The notes under the pieces: generated by a model
The model's input: only the letters and a program-made list of their open reading frames with translations
Databases searched by the model: none
What the model was told of the DNA's origin: nothing
Source of the DNA: a virus
Taxonomy: Duplodnaviria > Caudoviricetes
IMG/VR virus record: IMGVR_UViG_3300016467_000203
Span: 1-35,727 of that record
Length of the DNA stretch: 35,727 bases
Strand: one strand, 5' to 3'
Shown here: positions 8,223-16,402 of the stretch, piece by piece
Layout: every line of letters starts with the position of its first letter
How positions within the stretch are numbered: the stretch's first letter is position 1
Program-made: the position numbers and the translations under genes

Positions 8223-9218
8223 TCAGTTCAGCCGCGCCGATACGCGCTCCGACGCCTCGGCCAGATGCGGCAACGGCAGGTGAACGTAGTTGTCGATCAT
8301 GGCCGGGGACAGCCAGCCACACAGGTCTTGCATCGTCTTGCGGTCTGTTCCGTCCTGCGCCAGCCAGGTGGCGAAGGTGTGCCGAATGTCATGGAACCGG
8401 AACCCCGCAGGAAGCCCAGCGCGGGCCACATAGCGCCGCCACTGGGCATGGCATGGCGGCTGCACCCCAAACACCAGCCCTGCCGCGTGTGGCCGCTGTA
8501 GGCGCTCCAATACGGCTACGGCGGGCGTTGAAAGCGGGCAGACAATCAGGTTTTTGGCTTTGGTCTGCACCGGCATGACCCACGCCATGCGCCTGGGGAT
8601 GTCCACCCGGTCCCAGGTCAGGCCAAAGACGTTGGACTTGCGCAGGCCCGTCAGGAAGGCAAAGCCTACGGCTTCCTGAAGGCCGGGCGGCAGGATCGAC
8701 ACCAGCGCCTTGGCCTGCGCCGGGGTGGCAACCTGAACCTTGCTGTTGTGCCGCTTGCTAACGTAGGAGCGGTAGGCCGGGACGCTGGGTATCCACTCCC
8801 ATTCGCCGCAGGCCGTGTTCATCACGCTGCGCAGGGTAATCATGTAGTTTTGCTTTGTGCCCTTGCTGGGCTTTCCCCGGCGCGTCACCAGCCGGTCCAG
8901 CGTCTGATCCACCCAGTCGCGGGTGATTTCGCCCAAGTCCATGCCAGCCGCTTCCTTGCGCCAGAAAGCGAGGTGGTGGGTAGCGTCCCGCAAAGTGTTA
9001 ATGTCGTCGTTTTCGCGCAGCCAGCGTTCTGCCGCTTCCTCAAAGCTACGAGTAGGCTTTTCGTTCAGGTGGCGCTGCCGCCAGAACGTCGCCTTCAGCG
9101 TATCGTGAAGTTCCTGCGCTGTCTTGCGATCAGATGTTTCAGCAGAGCGTCTGTATCGCTTCCCGTTTGGGAGCGTGATGCTGACGTAATAGGTCGAACC
9201 GCGTTTTTCAAGTGCCAC
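8223..9218 (-). CDS. int: Tyrosine integrase
   Basis: TGLRKSN (R), HDIRH (HxxR), CGW, NYVH (Y); probable GTG start 9218 with GAAGG ribosome-binding site. Confidence 0.95.
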   Translation of the reverse strand: MALEKRGSTYYVSITLPNGKRYRRSAETSDRKTAQELHDTLKATFWRQRHLNEKPTRSFEEAAERWLRENDDINTLRDATHHLAFWRKEAAGMDLGEITRDWVDQTLDRLVTRRGKPSKGTKQNYMITLRSVMNTACGEWEWIPSVPAYRSYVSKRHNSKVQVATPAQAKALVSILPPGLQEAVGFAFLTGLRKSNVFGLTWDRVDIPRRMAWVMPVQTKAKNLIVCPLSTPAVAVLERLQRPHAAGLVFGVQPPCHAQWRRYVARAGLPAGFRFHDIRHTFATWLAQDGTDRKTMQDLCGWLSPAMIDNYVHLPLPHLAEASERVSARLN

Positions 9219-9376
9219 GTTGTCACCTTCGTTGCGTTGATGAGTTCTTCCATGTTCACTCGCCACGCCGCGCCGAAGCGGTAAGCGGGCAGGCGGCCCG
9301 AAGTTACCATCCTGCGAAGGGTTTTGGTGCTGACCCCTAGCTGGCTGGCGGCTTCAGACAATGGGATTAGAACCAT
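9095..9376 (-). CDS. xis: Excisionase / HTH_17-type DNA-binding protein
   Basis: LSEAASQLGVSTKTLRRMVTSGRLPAYRFGAAWRV; overlaps the int 5' end. Confidence 0.85.
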   Translation of the reverse strand: MVLIPLSEAASQLGVSTKTLRRMVTSGRLPAYRFGAAWRVNMEELINATKVTTWHLKNAVRPITSASRSQTGSDTDALLKHLIARQRRNFTIR

Positions 9377-9722
9377 CTGTTGCGATTTTGTCAACACGAT
9401 TGGCCTGCAATTGGTGTTCTAGGTAGGGCAGGAAATCATCCAGTTTCAGCACAATCCGCCATGACTGATTGTTCTGGCGGAAGGCCACGATGGGCACATC
9501 ACCAGGCCCGCAACAGGCTTCAACCTGTCGGCACCACTGCATGATGGAAAGCGTCTCGCGGCGCTTTACTTCGATGCGGAAGGGGCCGATCTGTACGTCA
9601 TCGCCACTGTCGCGGGCCTGGCCCAGCTTGCGCTTTATATCAAGCCCAAGTCTCTCGCTCAGAAGCGCCGTCAACTCCCTCTCCGCACCCGCGCCCTTGT
9701 TCCGGCTTGTCCTGCCGCCCAT
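9354..9722 (-). CDS. PD-(D/E)XK nuclease, Holliday-junction resolvase-like
   Basis: SRNKGAGAERE...D...IEVKR motif of Hjc-like phage resolvases. Confidence 0.8.
   Translation of the reverse strand: MGGRTSRNKGAGAERELTALLSERLGLDIKRKLGQARDSGDDVQIGPFRIEVKRRETLSIMQWCRQVEACCGPGDVPIVAFRQNNQSWRIVLKLDDFLPYLEHQLQANRVDKIATDGSNPIV
9366..9395 (-). promoter_or_regulatory. Sigma70-like promoter TTGACA-N17-TCTAAT overlapped by 17-bp operator-like palindrome
   Basis: -35 at 9394-9389, -10 at 9371-9366; GTTGCGATTTTGTCAAC at 9379-9395. Confidence 0.6.
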
Positions 9723-9831
9723 CCTTCTGCCTTTCGGTTAACTGCAACAAACGTCGCGCTTCGGCTGGCGATTCCTCGCCCAATTCATAATTTTTCAGGA
9801 AGTGCCAAACGAGGTCCATCAGCGTGGTCAT
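9640..9831 (-). CDS. Hypothetical protein
   Basis: GAGGGG ribosome-binding site; fills the operon gap. Confidence 0.55.
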   Translation of the reverse strand: MTTLMDLVWHFLKNYELGEESPAEARRLLQLTERQKDGRQDKPEQGRGCGEGVDGASERETWA

Positions 9832-9841
9832 ACGTTGCCCC

Positions 9842-10963
9842 TCAAAATGGTATTTCGTCGTTCAACTCGTCGTCGCTAATTTTCGGTATTTCACTAAGGT
9901 CCATTTTTTTGCGGCGTCCACCCCTAGCAGTCCTCACAGCAACAATCGTTGCTTCTGGGAACCTTTCCTTGATGGCGTCAATGTTAGGGTCTGCCGTCAA
10001 CTTCGCTTGCGCCAGACGAAGTTCTCGGCTCTTGTAGTGGCCCGCGCCGTTCTTAAACAGTCGGCCATTGTCAGAATGTTTGTACTCAACCCAGCCTTCG
10101 CCCGCATCTACGGGTTCAGCAAAAGGGATCAGTTCTGGGATAAACAAATGGCTGTCACAGCCGTTCTGCTGTTTTGTCCCGTTTATTTGCTCGTTGTGTT
10201 CGGCGCATGACCATTTGCCTTCCGCAACAGGCGAGGCATGGCAACAGGTGCGACAATTCATGTTTGCCAGCGCCTTCTGGTGGCAAATGAGGTGCATGTC
10301 GCACATCTTGCACTCAAAATACGCCGGATCATTGCTCAGACGCGGCGGCGCGTGTGTCGCCTTGATGACGCGGCTGGCGCGGTCAATCATCGCCTCAAAC
10401 GCAACCTGGTCGAAATGCAACCATTCCGTATAAGTATCGTCCGTGTCCTTGTTCACCGCGTAGTACATCGCCCGTGTCAGTTTCAGCAGGCCCATGTAAA
10501 CCTGCATCTGCGCGTAATGGCGGGGCTTTGACTCCTTAACGCCTTTCTTCTGTAGGTCCGTGAACGATTTGGCGCTGTGCGTCTTGATTTCCAGCACCGC
10601 CCAAGTATTCGGGCTTTCAGGAAAACCCTTGGCAATGCCGTCCACGCTGCCGCCAAAGTGGCCGCTTTCGTCCCGGCAGTCGATCTGCTTGCCGTCCTGA
10701 TCCGTGTGCAGTTCGACGCCAATCCCGCGCAGTTCTTCATAGACGCGGGACTCCTCACGCTTGCCCGTGTTGAACAGGCGCAGGATACGCGGCTCAAAAA
10801 CCGGGGAATGAACCCAGCGGAAGGTGAGCCACAGGTAACGCTCGCATGGGTGCCCGATAGCCGACGCGCCCAAATGGTATCGCGGCTGGTCAGGCTGGGA
10901 TTGCCACCAGTCGGCTACCTTCTGGCGTGTGCTGTGCTGGCTTTCGGGCACCCATGGCGACAT
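9842..10963 (-). CDS. Cas4-like/RecB-family exonuclease with extra Cys/His-rich domain
   Basis: HPCERYLW, GSVDG, LEIKT, QMQVY, CKMC-x5-C; then CRTCCH..C..H..C..H. Confidence 0.85.
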   Translation of the reverse strand: MSPWVPESQHSTRQKVADWWQSQPDQPRYHLGASAIGHPCERYLWLTFRWVHSPVFEPRILRLFNTGKREESRVYEELRGIGVELHTDQDGKQIDCRDESGHFGGSVDGIAKGFPESPNTWAVLEIKTHSAKSFTDLQKKGVKESKPRHYAQMQVYMGLLKLTRAMYYAVNKDTDDTYTEWLHFDQVAFEAMIDRASRVIKATHAPPRLSNDPAYFECKMCDMHLICHQKALANMNCRTCCHASPVAEGKWSCAEHNEQINGTKQQNGCDSHLFIPELIPFAEPVDAGEGWVEYKHSDNGRLFKNGAGHYKSRELRLAQAKLTADPNIDAIKERFPEATIVAVRTARGGRRKKMDLSEIPKISDDELNDEIPF

Positions 10964-10966
10964 CGC

Positions 10967-11416
10967 TTACTTCTCCCAGGGCTTCTTGTTGTTATCAGCC
11001 TTGGCCGTGGTGGGGGTTGGCGATGACGATGCGACGGCGTAGTTGAAGATGCGGTTGCGCGTAGGGTCTTTGGCGTCAAGGCCCACATCAATGTTCATAA
11101 TCACATCGTGCAGTTCTTCGGTGCTGTTGATGCGGGACTTGCCGATGGCAGCGCAGATAGACGCCAGTTCCGCCTTGGAAATGTCCTCTGCCGTCTTGTT
11201 CGGGTTCGACACGTTCAGGTTCTGCCACAGACGGCGACCAGAATACTTGCCGTCCACGATTTCAAACGTCAGCGCGATGTATTCGCCGTCACCACGCTTG
11301 GTCTGCTTGATGACACTCTCGGTAATCATGGCGGGGTAGATGCCGCGCGGCAGCGGTTCAAAGGACTTGACTTCGCGCGGAGTAGTTTCAGTGGCGTCAA
11401 AGCTAAAGGCAGGCAT
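10967..11416 (-). CDS. DUF669-type single-stranded DNA-binding protein
   Basis: FEPLPRGIY..I..S..K..GDGEY..LTFEI..G.Y.GRRLW..LN; C-terminal KPW; next to Sak4. Confidence 0.85.
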   Translation of the reverse strand: MPAFSFDATETTPREVKSFEPLPRGIYPAMITESVIKQTKRGDGEYIALTFEIVDGKYSGRRLWQNLNVSNPNKTAEDISKAELASICAAIGKSRINSTEELHDVIMNIDVGLDAKDPTRNRIFNYAVASSSPTPTTAKADNNKKPWEK

Positions 11417-11430
11417 TGTTACGTTTCCTT

Positions 11431-12165
11431 TCAGTTGGTCTTGATAGCGTTGGTAAAGGCATCCCATGACAGGGGGATCGTGTCCGGCAGGCCATAGCGG
11501 TTCTTCGCCATGTATGCCGGGCGTTCATTGGTGAACAGCAGGCGTTCACCCGTGCTGATGCCGCGCGTGACGCTGCGGTTGAAGCCCACATCGTCCTTCT
11601 TCACCAGCGTCTTGTAGTTGGCGAACATCACGGCATCGGCCCATTCGCGTATCAGGGCGCTGGAGCGGTCCTGTAGCTTCGGCTGGTAGCGGTCATACGG
11701 CTCAGTCTCAGGGCTGTCGAACCGCTTGATGCTGGTGTGCGCGATGAGAATTACGCACATGCCTTTGTCATTTCGCAACGCTGTAAGCCCGTCAAGAATG
11801 GCACGCCACTTGTCGGCGGCAATGATGGCACCCTTGCCGTAAGCCAGTTCCTTGGCATCGTGCTTGGCTTCAACATCGCGCCAGATCAGCGTTTCCAGCC
11901 AGTCCAGGCTGTCAATCACCACGGTCTTGAAGCCGTGTTCCTGCCGGTACAGCGATGAAATGGCTTCCAGCACGTTCTCCGCGCTTTCGGCCATGGGGAA
12001 GTGATCCACCTTGATGCTGCCAAGCCCATCCTCTGTCTGGATGAAGATGGGGTTAGGTGCGCCAGCGGCAAAGGTTGTCTTGCCGATGCCTTCCACGCCG
12101 TACAGCATCACGCGCGGGGCGGCCATGCTTTCGTTCTTCTTGATGCTCTTGAGATCAAACGCCAC
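11431..12165 (-). CDS. Sak4-like AAA_24 ATPase (single-strand annealing protein)
   Basis: Walker A YGVEGIGKT, Walker B VVIDS, LIAH, AKNR. Confidence 0.9.
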   Translation of the reverse strand: MAFDLKSIKKNESMAAPRVMLYGVEGIGKTTFAAGAPNPIFIQTEDGLGSIKVDHFPMAESAENVLEAISSLYRQEHGFKTVVIDSLDWLETLIWRDVEAKHDAKELAYGKGAIIAADKWRAILDGLTALRNDKGMCVILIAHTSIKRFDSPETEPYDRYQPKLQDRSSALIREWADAVMFANYKTLVKKDDVGFNRSVTRGISTGERLLFTNERPAYMAKNRYGLPDTIPLSWDAFTNAIKTN

Positions 12166-12550
12166 TGGTTTCCTCCACGGTGAAATGCGTTTTCGCAGGC
12201 TTCACCGTGACCACGGTGGCAAGCACGCGCCAAAGGTCCGGGCGTTCTGCCCTAATCTGCTTCAGCGCAGTTTCGTCAGGCTCGCGCTTGACCTTGATGG
12301 GGCGCAGGCTGATGGGCCACATTTCAGACAAGCGCATCAAGGCATCAACGTCTGCCTTGTACGTCAGCTTGTTAGTGGCTACCACCTTCAGGCCGTTGTC
12401 CAGCAGCACTGTGCTGCGGCCATCTTCCTTCATGTCCATCTGTTCGATTAGCTGGCCTTCGATAGCAAGGCGCTCGGCGTTGGCCGCAGCTTCACGTTCC
12501 TTTGCCGCACGCCATTGCGCGGCAAGCACTTCCATATTTGTGTTCTTCAC
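12155..12550 (-). CDS. Hypothetical protein of recombination operon
   Basis: 131 aa, N-terminal coiled coil, C-terminal KPAK motif. Confidence 0.75.
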   Translation of the reverse strand: MKNTNMEVLAAQWRAAKEREAAANAERLAIEGQLIEQMDMKEDGRSTVLLDNGLKVVATNKLTYKADVDALMRLSEMWPISLRPIKVKREPDETALKQIRAERPDLWRVLATVVTVKPAKTHFTVEETSGV

Positions 12551-12592
12551 GTTGACCCCGTGTTTTGCGTTGGAAGGTGGAACCTAATGCGC

Positions 12593-12609
12593 CTTGCGAA
12601 AATAGCAAC
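12593..12609. promoter_or_regulatory. 17-bp operator-like site over leftward early promoter (TTGCTA-N16-TAGGTT on minus strand)
   Basis: CTTGCGAAAATAGCAAC matches the recurring motif. Confidence 0.55.
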
Positions 12610-12615
12610 AGCTAA

Positions 12616-12789
12616 TTAGGGCTTCACCCAAATTATTCTTTGCACCGACTCAACCTGCGCATCTACGGGCGGCGATTCCAGCGGCATGTGCGTGTAATTT
12701 TATTGCTCATAGCCACGCCGCAAAACACTTACCAAGCTGATTTCACGCTCTGCCAACCGGGCACGGAACCAGTCAGTTTTGATTGTCAT
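12616..12789 (-). pseudogene. cI: Collapsed CI-like repressor remnant (internal deletion plus in-frame TAA)
   Basis: Hand translation MTIKTDWFRARLAEREISLVSVLRRGYEQ*NYTHMPLESPPVDAQVESVQRIIWVKP*; divergent from the Cro-like gene at the canonical cI position. Confidence 0.7.
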
Positions 12790-12818
12790 ACGTTTTGTTG
12801 CTGCTCGTTGAGATAGGT

Positions 12819-12835
12819 GTTGACGTTTTCGCATC
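12819..12835. promoter_or_regulatory. 17-bp operator-like site between cI remnant and cro (contains TTGACG)
   Basis: GTTGACGTTTTCGCATC. Confidence 0.6.
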
Positions 12836-12878
12836 GAATGATGCACGTTGCCCCCCGCGATTGCAACACGGGGCGTTT

Positions 12879-13112
12879 ATGGAAATCAAGAACCGGAAAG
12901 AACCGGCGTTTAGCGTTGTCTCCACCCTTGGCGGCGTTCGCGCAACCGCTGCGTTGCTGGAAATTGACCCCAGCGCGGTATCGCGCTGGCTGACTGCCAA
13001 GGACAAGGGCGGCACGGGAGGCGTCATCCCGCAAAAGTATTGGAAGCCGATCCTGCGGCACGCCAAATACAGCAAACTGGAAATAACGATCTCCGACCTC
13101 GCCTTGATCTGA
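12879..13112 (+). CDS. cro: Cro-like HTH regulator
   Basis: LGGVRATAALLEIDPSAVSRW...GGTGGVIPQKYW; 77 aa; precedes the replication gene. Confidence 0.8.
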   Translation: MEIKNRKEPAFSVVSTLGGVRATAALLEIDPSAVSRWLTAKDKGGTGGVIPQKYWKPILRHAKYSKLEITISDLALI

Positions 13113-13120
13113 GGACCGCC

Positions 13121-15034
13121 ATGCAAAACAGCGGTTTCCTCGCGGCGTTGGGCGAACGTCTGACGGATGACGAATATCTCTGGGTCTGCGCCTTTGCGGC
13201 CAGTCCCGATCAGGGCGAATGGGCTGGGCGGTACTACCGCCAGCGAGCGAACCAAGCCCAACTGATCGACAACGCGGCGGGTCAGAACACCTACTTTTGC
13301 CCGGCTGTTCTTACGCCGGATGAAAGCGGTACGTTCAAGCGCACAAAACGCAATTTCAAGCGCCTGGCTGCGTTGGGCGCGGATGACGCCAATCCGGCAG
13401 ACGTAAACGGGCGGCTGTCTTGGGTGGTGGAAACGTCCCCAGGCAAGCGGCAAATGGGCATCCTGCTGGACGCCGATGATCCCGATTGCGCGAACCTGCC
13501 GCTGGTCGATGCCGTCATGCAGGCCCTTGCCGATGCGGGGCTTATCAAGGCCGACAAGAGCGGCAACAACGCGGTGCGCTATATGCGCCTGCCCGTTGGC
13601 ACCAATACCAAGGACCGTCCCACCGGCCCGTTCGCGCACCGGGTTGAACAGTGCGACCTGACCGCCCGCTACAGCCTGGAAGATGCCTGCGCCACTTTCG
13701 GGCTGGACTTGGCTGCGATCCGCGATGGCGTGGTGGAAACCCCAGCGGGCGAGCGTGCGCCAACCGGCATTGACCATGCGTCCCTCATTGCCGCCCTGTC
13801 TGCGGACGCGGGCGAGCGGTCCTACCATGACCCGCTTATGAAGCTGTCCGCCAAGCTGGTGAAGGCCGGGCTGCACGGCGGGGCGGTGGTGGAACACCTG
13901 CGCGGGCTGATGCTGGCGGTGCGTCCGAAGGATGACGTTACCCAGCTTGGCCGCTGGCAGGCCCGCTACGACGAGATACCGCGCCTTGTAAGCAGTGCGG
14001 AACAGTTCCGCACCCGGCACGTTGAAATCGCGCTGGGCGAGGCCGACGAAGACGATGACTTGGCGTTAGACATTGACCAACTGGAGCAAGTCAGCGGCAG
14101 CATACGATGGATGGTCAAGGGACTTGTGCCCGCCGATAGTATGGGGATGCTGTTTGGCGCGTCAGGCGCGTTCAAATCGTTTCTTGCGCTGGACATGGCC
14201 CTTCATGTGGCAAATGGGCTACGGTGGTGTGACCGGATTACAACACAAGGACCCGTCTATTACGTTGCAGCGGAAGGCGGCGCTGGTATTTATCGCCGCG
14301 TCGAATCTTGGCACAGAAAGAAAAAACTGCCGCGCACAAGAAACTTTCACGTTTGTATTAAACCTTTGCTGCTTACGCTGGAAGACCAGGTTGAACGAAT
14401 TGCCAAGCGCATACGCAGATTGCCGCAAATCCCATCGCTGGTGGTCATCGACACCCTGTCCCAGACCTTCAGCGGCGACGAAAACGCGGCTACCGATATT
14501 GCCGACTATATCCGCCTGCTGAACACCCATATCCGGGCTGAGTTCGGTTGCACTGTGACAATTCTGCACCACACCGGGCACGCGGCGTCTGAACGTCCGC
14601 GCGGGTCATCTGCCATCACGGCGAACCTGGACTTCCTGCTGGGCTGCTTCCGCCCAGACGCCGACGCGCTGGCGGCACAGCTTGAAGTCATCAAGCAGAA
14701 GGACGGCGACAAACTGGAAAGCCAGCACTTTGAACTAGAGCGTGAAGTGCTGGGCGAGGATAGCGACGGCGAGGAAGTCAGCAGCCTGGTCGCTGTCTAT
14801 CACAACATCATAGAAACGCTGAAAAAGGCCGCTAACGAATTGACCGACCAGCAGCGGGCAGTCTTAGATATTATGAGCTACGAAAACTCCACGACGGCGG
14901 ATCAGATGATTGAAGTGCTGGCCGAAATGACTAACGAGAAAGCCGCACGGCGCAATGTCAGCCGCGTGGTGGACCGGCTGATAGAACTGCGGCTCATTAA
15001 GCCGACAGGAACGAAGCGGTGGCGGCGGGTTTAG
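13121..15034 (+). CDS. Primase-helicase: RepB-type primase domain, AAA_25/RepA-like helicase, C-terminal winged-helix-like region
   Basis: GADD, VETSPGKRQ and RYMRLP primase motifs; GASGAFKS, YVAAEG, VVIDT and HHTG..RPRGSS helicase motifs; GAGGA site before ATG 13121. Confidence 0.88.
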   Translation: MQNSGFLAALGERLTDDEYLWVCAFAASPDQGEWAGRYYRQRANQAQLIDNAAGQNTYFCPAVLTPDESGTFKRTKRNFKRLAALGADDANPADVNGRLSWVVETSPGKRQMGILLDADDPDCANLPLVDAVMQALADAGLIKADKSGNNAVRYMRLPVGTNTKDRPTGPFAHRVEQCDLTARYSLEDACATFGLDLAAIRDGVVETPAGERAPTGIDHASLIAALSADAGERSYHDPLMKLSAKLVKAGLHGGAVVEHLRGLMLAVRPKDDVTQLGRWQARYDEIPRLVSSAEQFRTRHVEIALGEADEDDDLALDIDQLEQVSGSIRWMVKGLVPADSMGMLFGASGAFKSFLALDMALHVANGLRWCDRITTQGPVYYVAAEGGAGIYRRVESWHRKKKLPRTRNFHVCIKPLLLTLEDQVERIAKRIRRLPQIPSLVVIDTLSQTFSGDENAATDIADYIRLLNTHIRAEFGCTVTILHHTGHAASERPRGSSAITANLDFLLGCFRPDADALAAQLEVIKQKDGDKLESQHFELEREVLGEDSDGEEVSSLVAVYHNIIETLKKAANELTDQQRAVLDIMSYENSTTADQMIEVLAEMTNEKAARRNVSRVVDRLIELRLIKPTGTKRWRRV

Positions 15035-15234
15035 GCGTCAAACCGTGGCCGTTCCTCGCGCGTGTTCCATAGCGCAATCGCCGCGTCCAGGTTGCCAGCC
15101 GTGGCCTGCGTCTCAACCGGACATTCTTCATTGCCGCATATCACGGCATAGCGGTCTGTAAAGCCCACGCGCCCGATTTCTGCCTGGTGCCCGCAAAAGG
15201 GGCAGGGCAGGACCATGTTAATCGTTGGCGTCAT
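15031..15234 (-). CDS. Lar-family restriction alleviation Zn-finger protein
   Basis: LPCPFCG...C....C...AIALWNTR. Confidence 0.8.
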   Translation of the reverse strand: MTPTINMVLPCPFCGHQAEIGRVGFTDRYAVICGNEECPVETQATAGNLDAAIALWNTREERPRFDA

Positions 15235-15388
15235 TGGCTCGCGCTTTCTCTAGGCGTACTTTCGCCAGCTTTTTGTAAAAGTCAGGGTCGCCGCTAGTCA
15301 CGCGCCGGTCTTTCTTTTCGCCCGTCGCGCTCTTGCCGCCCTTTTTCCCAATACTCGCCATGTACTTCTGTATTTCTTTGCTAACCAT
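15218..15388 (-). CDS. Small basic protein (KGG-like)
   Basis: YMASIGKKGGKS; overlaps neighbours. Confidence 0.65.
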   Translation of the reverse strand: MVSKEIQKYMASIGKKGGKSATGEKKDRRVTSGDPDFYKKLAKVRLEKARANDAND

Positions 15389-15647
15389 TGTTCTTGTCCA
15401 ATTCTTTAACAATCAATTCCGCATAACCGGCTACGTCTCGCCAGTGGTCCGGCTCGTCCGGGTTGCCATGCACAATGCGCGACAGTTTCATGGCGATAAG
15501 CTCCAGGCTCTCCATCTGCGGCAGGCTTAAATCCTTCCAGCGCGGGCAGGCCCGCAATAGCTGCTTGATGAACTGCGCCGCCCTGGCTTGGTCTGCATAA
15601 TTGCCGTGCGTCTTAGCGCGTTCGTCCAGTGTCGCCGCGACGCTCAT
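15381..15647 (-). CDS. DUF6378-like protein
   Basis: LDERAKTHGNY...KLSRIVHGNP..DHWRDVAGYA. Confidence 0.8.
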   Translation of the reverse strand: MSVAATLDERAKTHGNYADQARAAQFIKQLLRACPRWKDLSLPQMESLELIAMKLSRIVHGNPDEPDHWRDVAGYAELIVKELDKNNG

Positions 15648-15826
15648 GCGTGTACCGCCAGAACAAGCAGCACCGCAACGGCTGTGCCCCATGCCAGCGC
15701 CGTGCGGCCCCAGCCTCTGACCGGCTCCGTGCGCATCAACTCAACGTCATAGCCGTATGCGTCACGCAGGGAGCGGTGAAAGCGCAGGTGTTTGTGAAGC
15801 TCTGCCTGGCTGCTGATGGTTTTCAT
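15644..15826 (-). CDS. Small protein with C-terminal TM
   Basis: ATGA-coupled on both sides. Confidence 0.6.
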   Translation of the reverse strand: MKTISSQAELHKHLRFHRSLRDAYGYDVELMRTEPVRGWGRTALAWGTAVAVLLVLAVHA

Positions 15827-15942
15827 CGGTCCAGCACCCACGCAATGATCGTCGCCACGCCAACAACAGTGAACGCCCCGGACAGGCACAAAAAGATTGT
15901 AAATACCATGCGCTCCCATAGCTTTAGCTGCGGTTCATTCAT
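15823..15942 (-). CDS. 39-aa membrane peptide (not in ORF track)
   Basis: MNEPQLKLWERMVFTIFLCLSGAFTVVGVATIIAWVLDR; overlaps neighbours. Confidence 0.6.
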   Translation of the reverse strand: MNEPQLKLWERMVFTIFLCLSGAFTVVGVATIIAWVLDR

Positions 15943-16402
15943 CTTTCTTTTCCTCCCGTTTTACATAGCAAACCGCGTGGTGCGCTTCGCAGTAACTTGA
16001 TCGGTGCTTGCGCGGCTGGGCGCAGAAATAGAACTCACCGTGCAGCGCGTTGTTCAGGCCAAACCGGCAATCGCGCGGCCCAAGGTCTTGCAGCTTCACA
16101 AGCCCCGGCGTATTGGGCGGCAGCTTGTCCCATTCGGTCAGTTCAATTTCCTGCGCGTCCCTCAATATGGGGCGGCGCGTGTACCAGGTGCGCGTATAGC
16201 CGGAAACCGGCATACGCTTGAGCGGCATTGGCTTTTGCTTGCGCGGCTTTAGTTTCAGCATCCGTTCACGCATTGCCTTACCAAGCACCGCGTTACTTGT
16301 GCGCCCCAGCAGCTTGCCGATGTCTTTTGACGAAAGCCCCTCTGCCAACTTTTGCCGCAGCACTTCTACTTCGTCAGGCTTCCATTCCTTTACTTGGCGC
16401 AT
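15935..16402 (-). CDS. gcrA: GcrA-family cell-cycle regulator homologue
   Basis: N-terminal W..DEVEVLR....EGLSS..IG..LG.TSNAVLGKA.R HTH; C-terminal L.DL...DCRF...FYFC.......YCEAH..VCY. Confidence 0.88.
   Translation of the reverse strand: MRQVKEWKPDEVEVLRQKLAEGLSSKDIGKLLGRTSNAVLGKAMRERMLKLKPRKQKPMPLKRMPVSGYTRTWYTRRPILRDAQEIELTEWDKLPPNTPGLVKLQDLGPRDCRFGLNNALHGEFYFCAQPRKHRSSYCEAHHAVCYVKREEKKDE

Noticed and set aside
9842-10963. CRISPR-Cas adaptation gene
   Set aside because: Cas4-like nucleases are routine in Sak4/SSB phage recombination modules; no cas1, cas2 or array is present.
12773-14020. 415-aa minus-strand ORF (likewise 23565-24392, 26143-26955, 27109-28191)
   Set aside because: Antisense shadows of GC-rich, codon-biased genes with clear motifs on the opposite strand; no recognisable domains.
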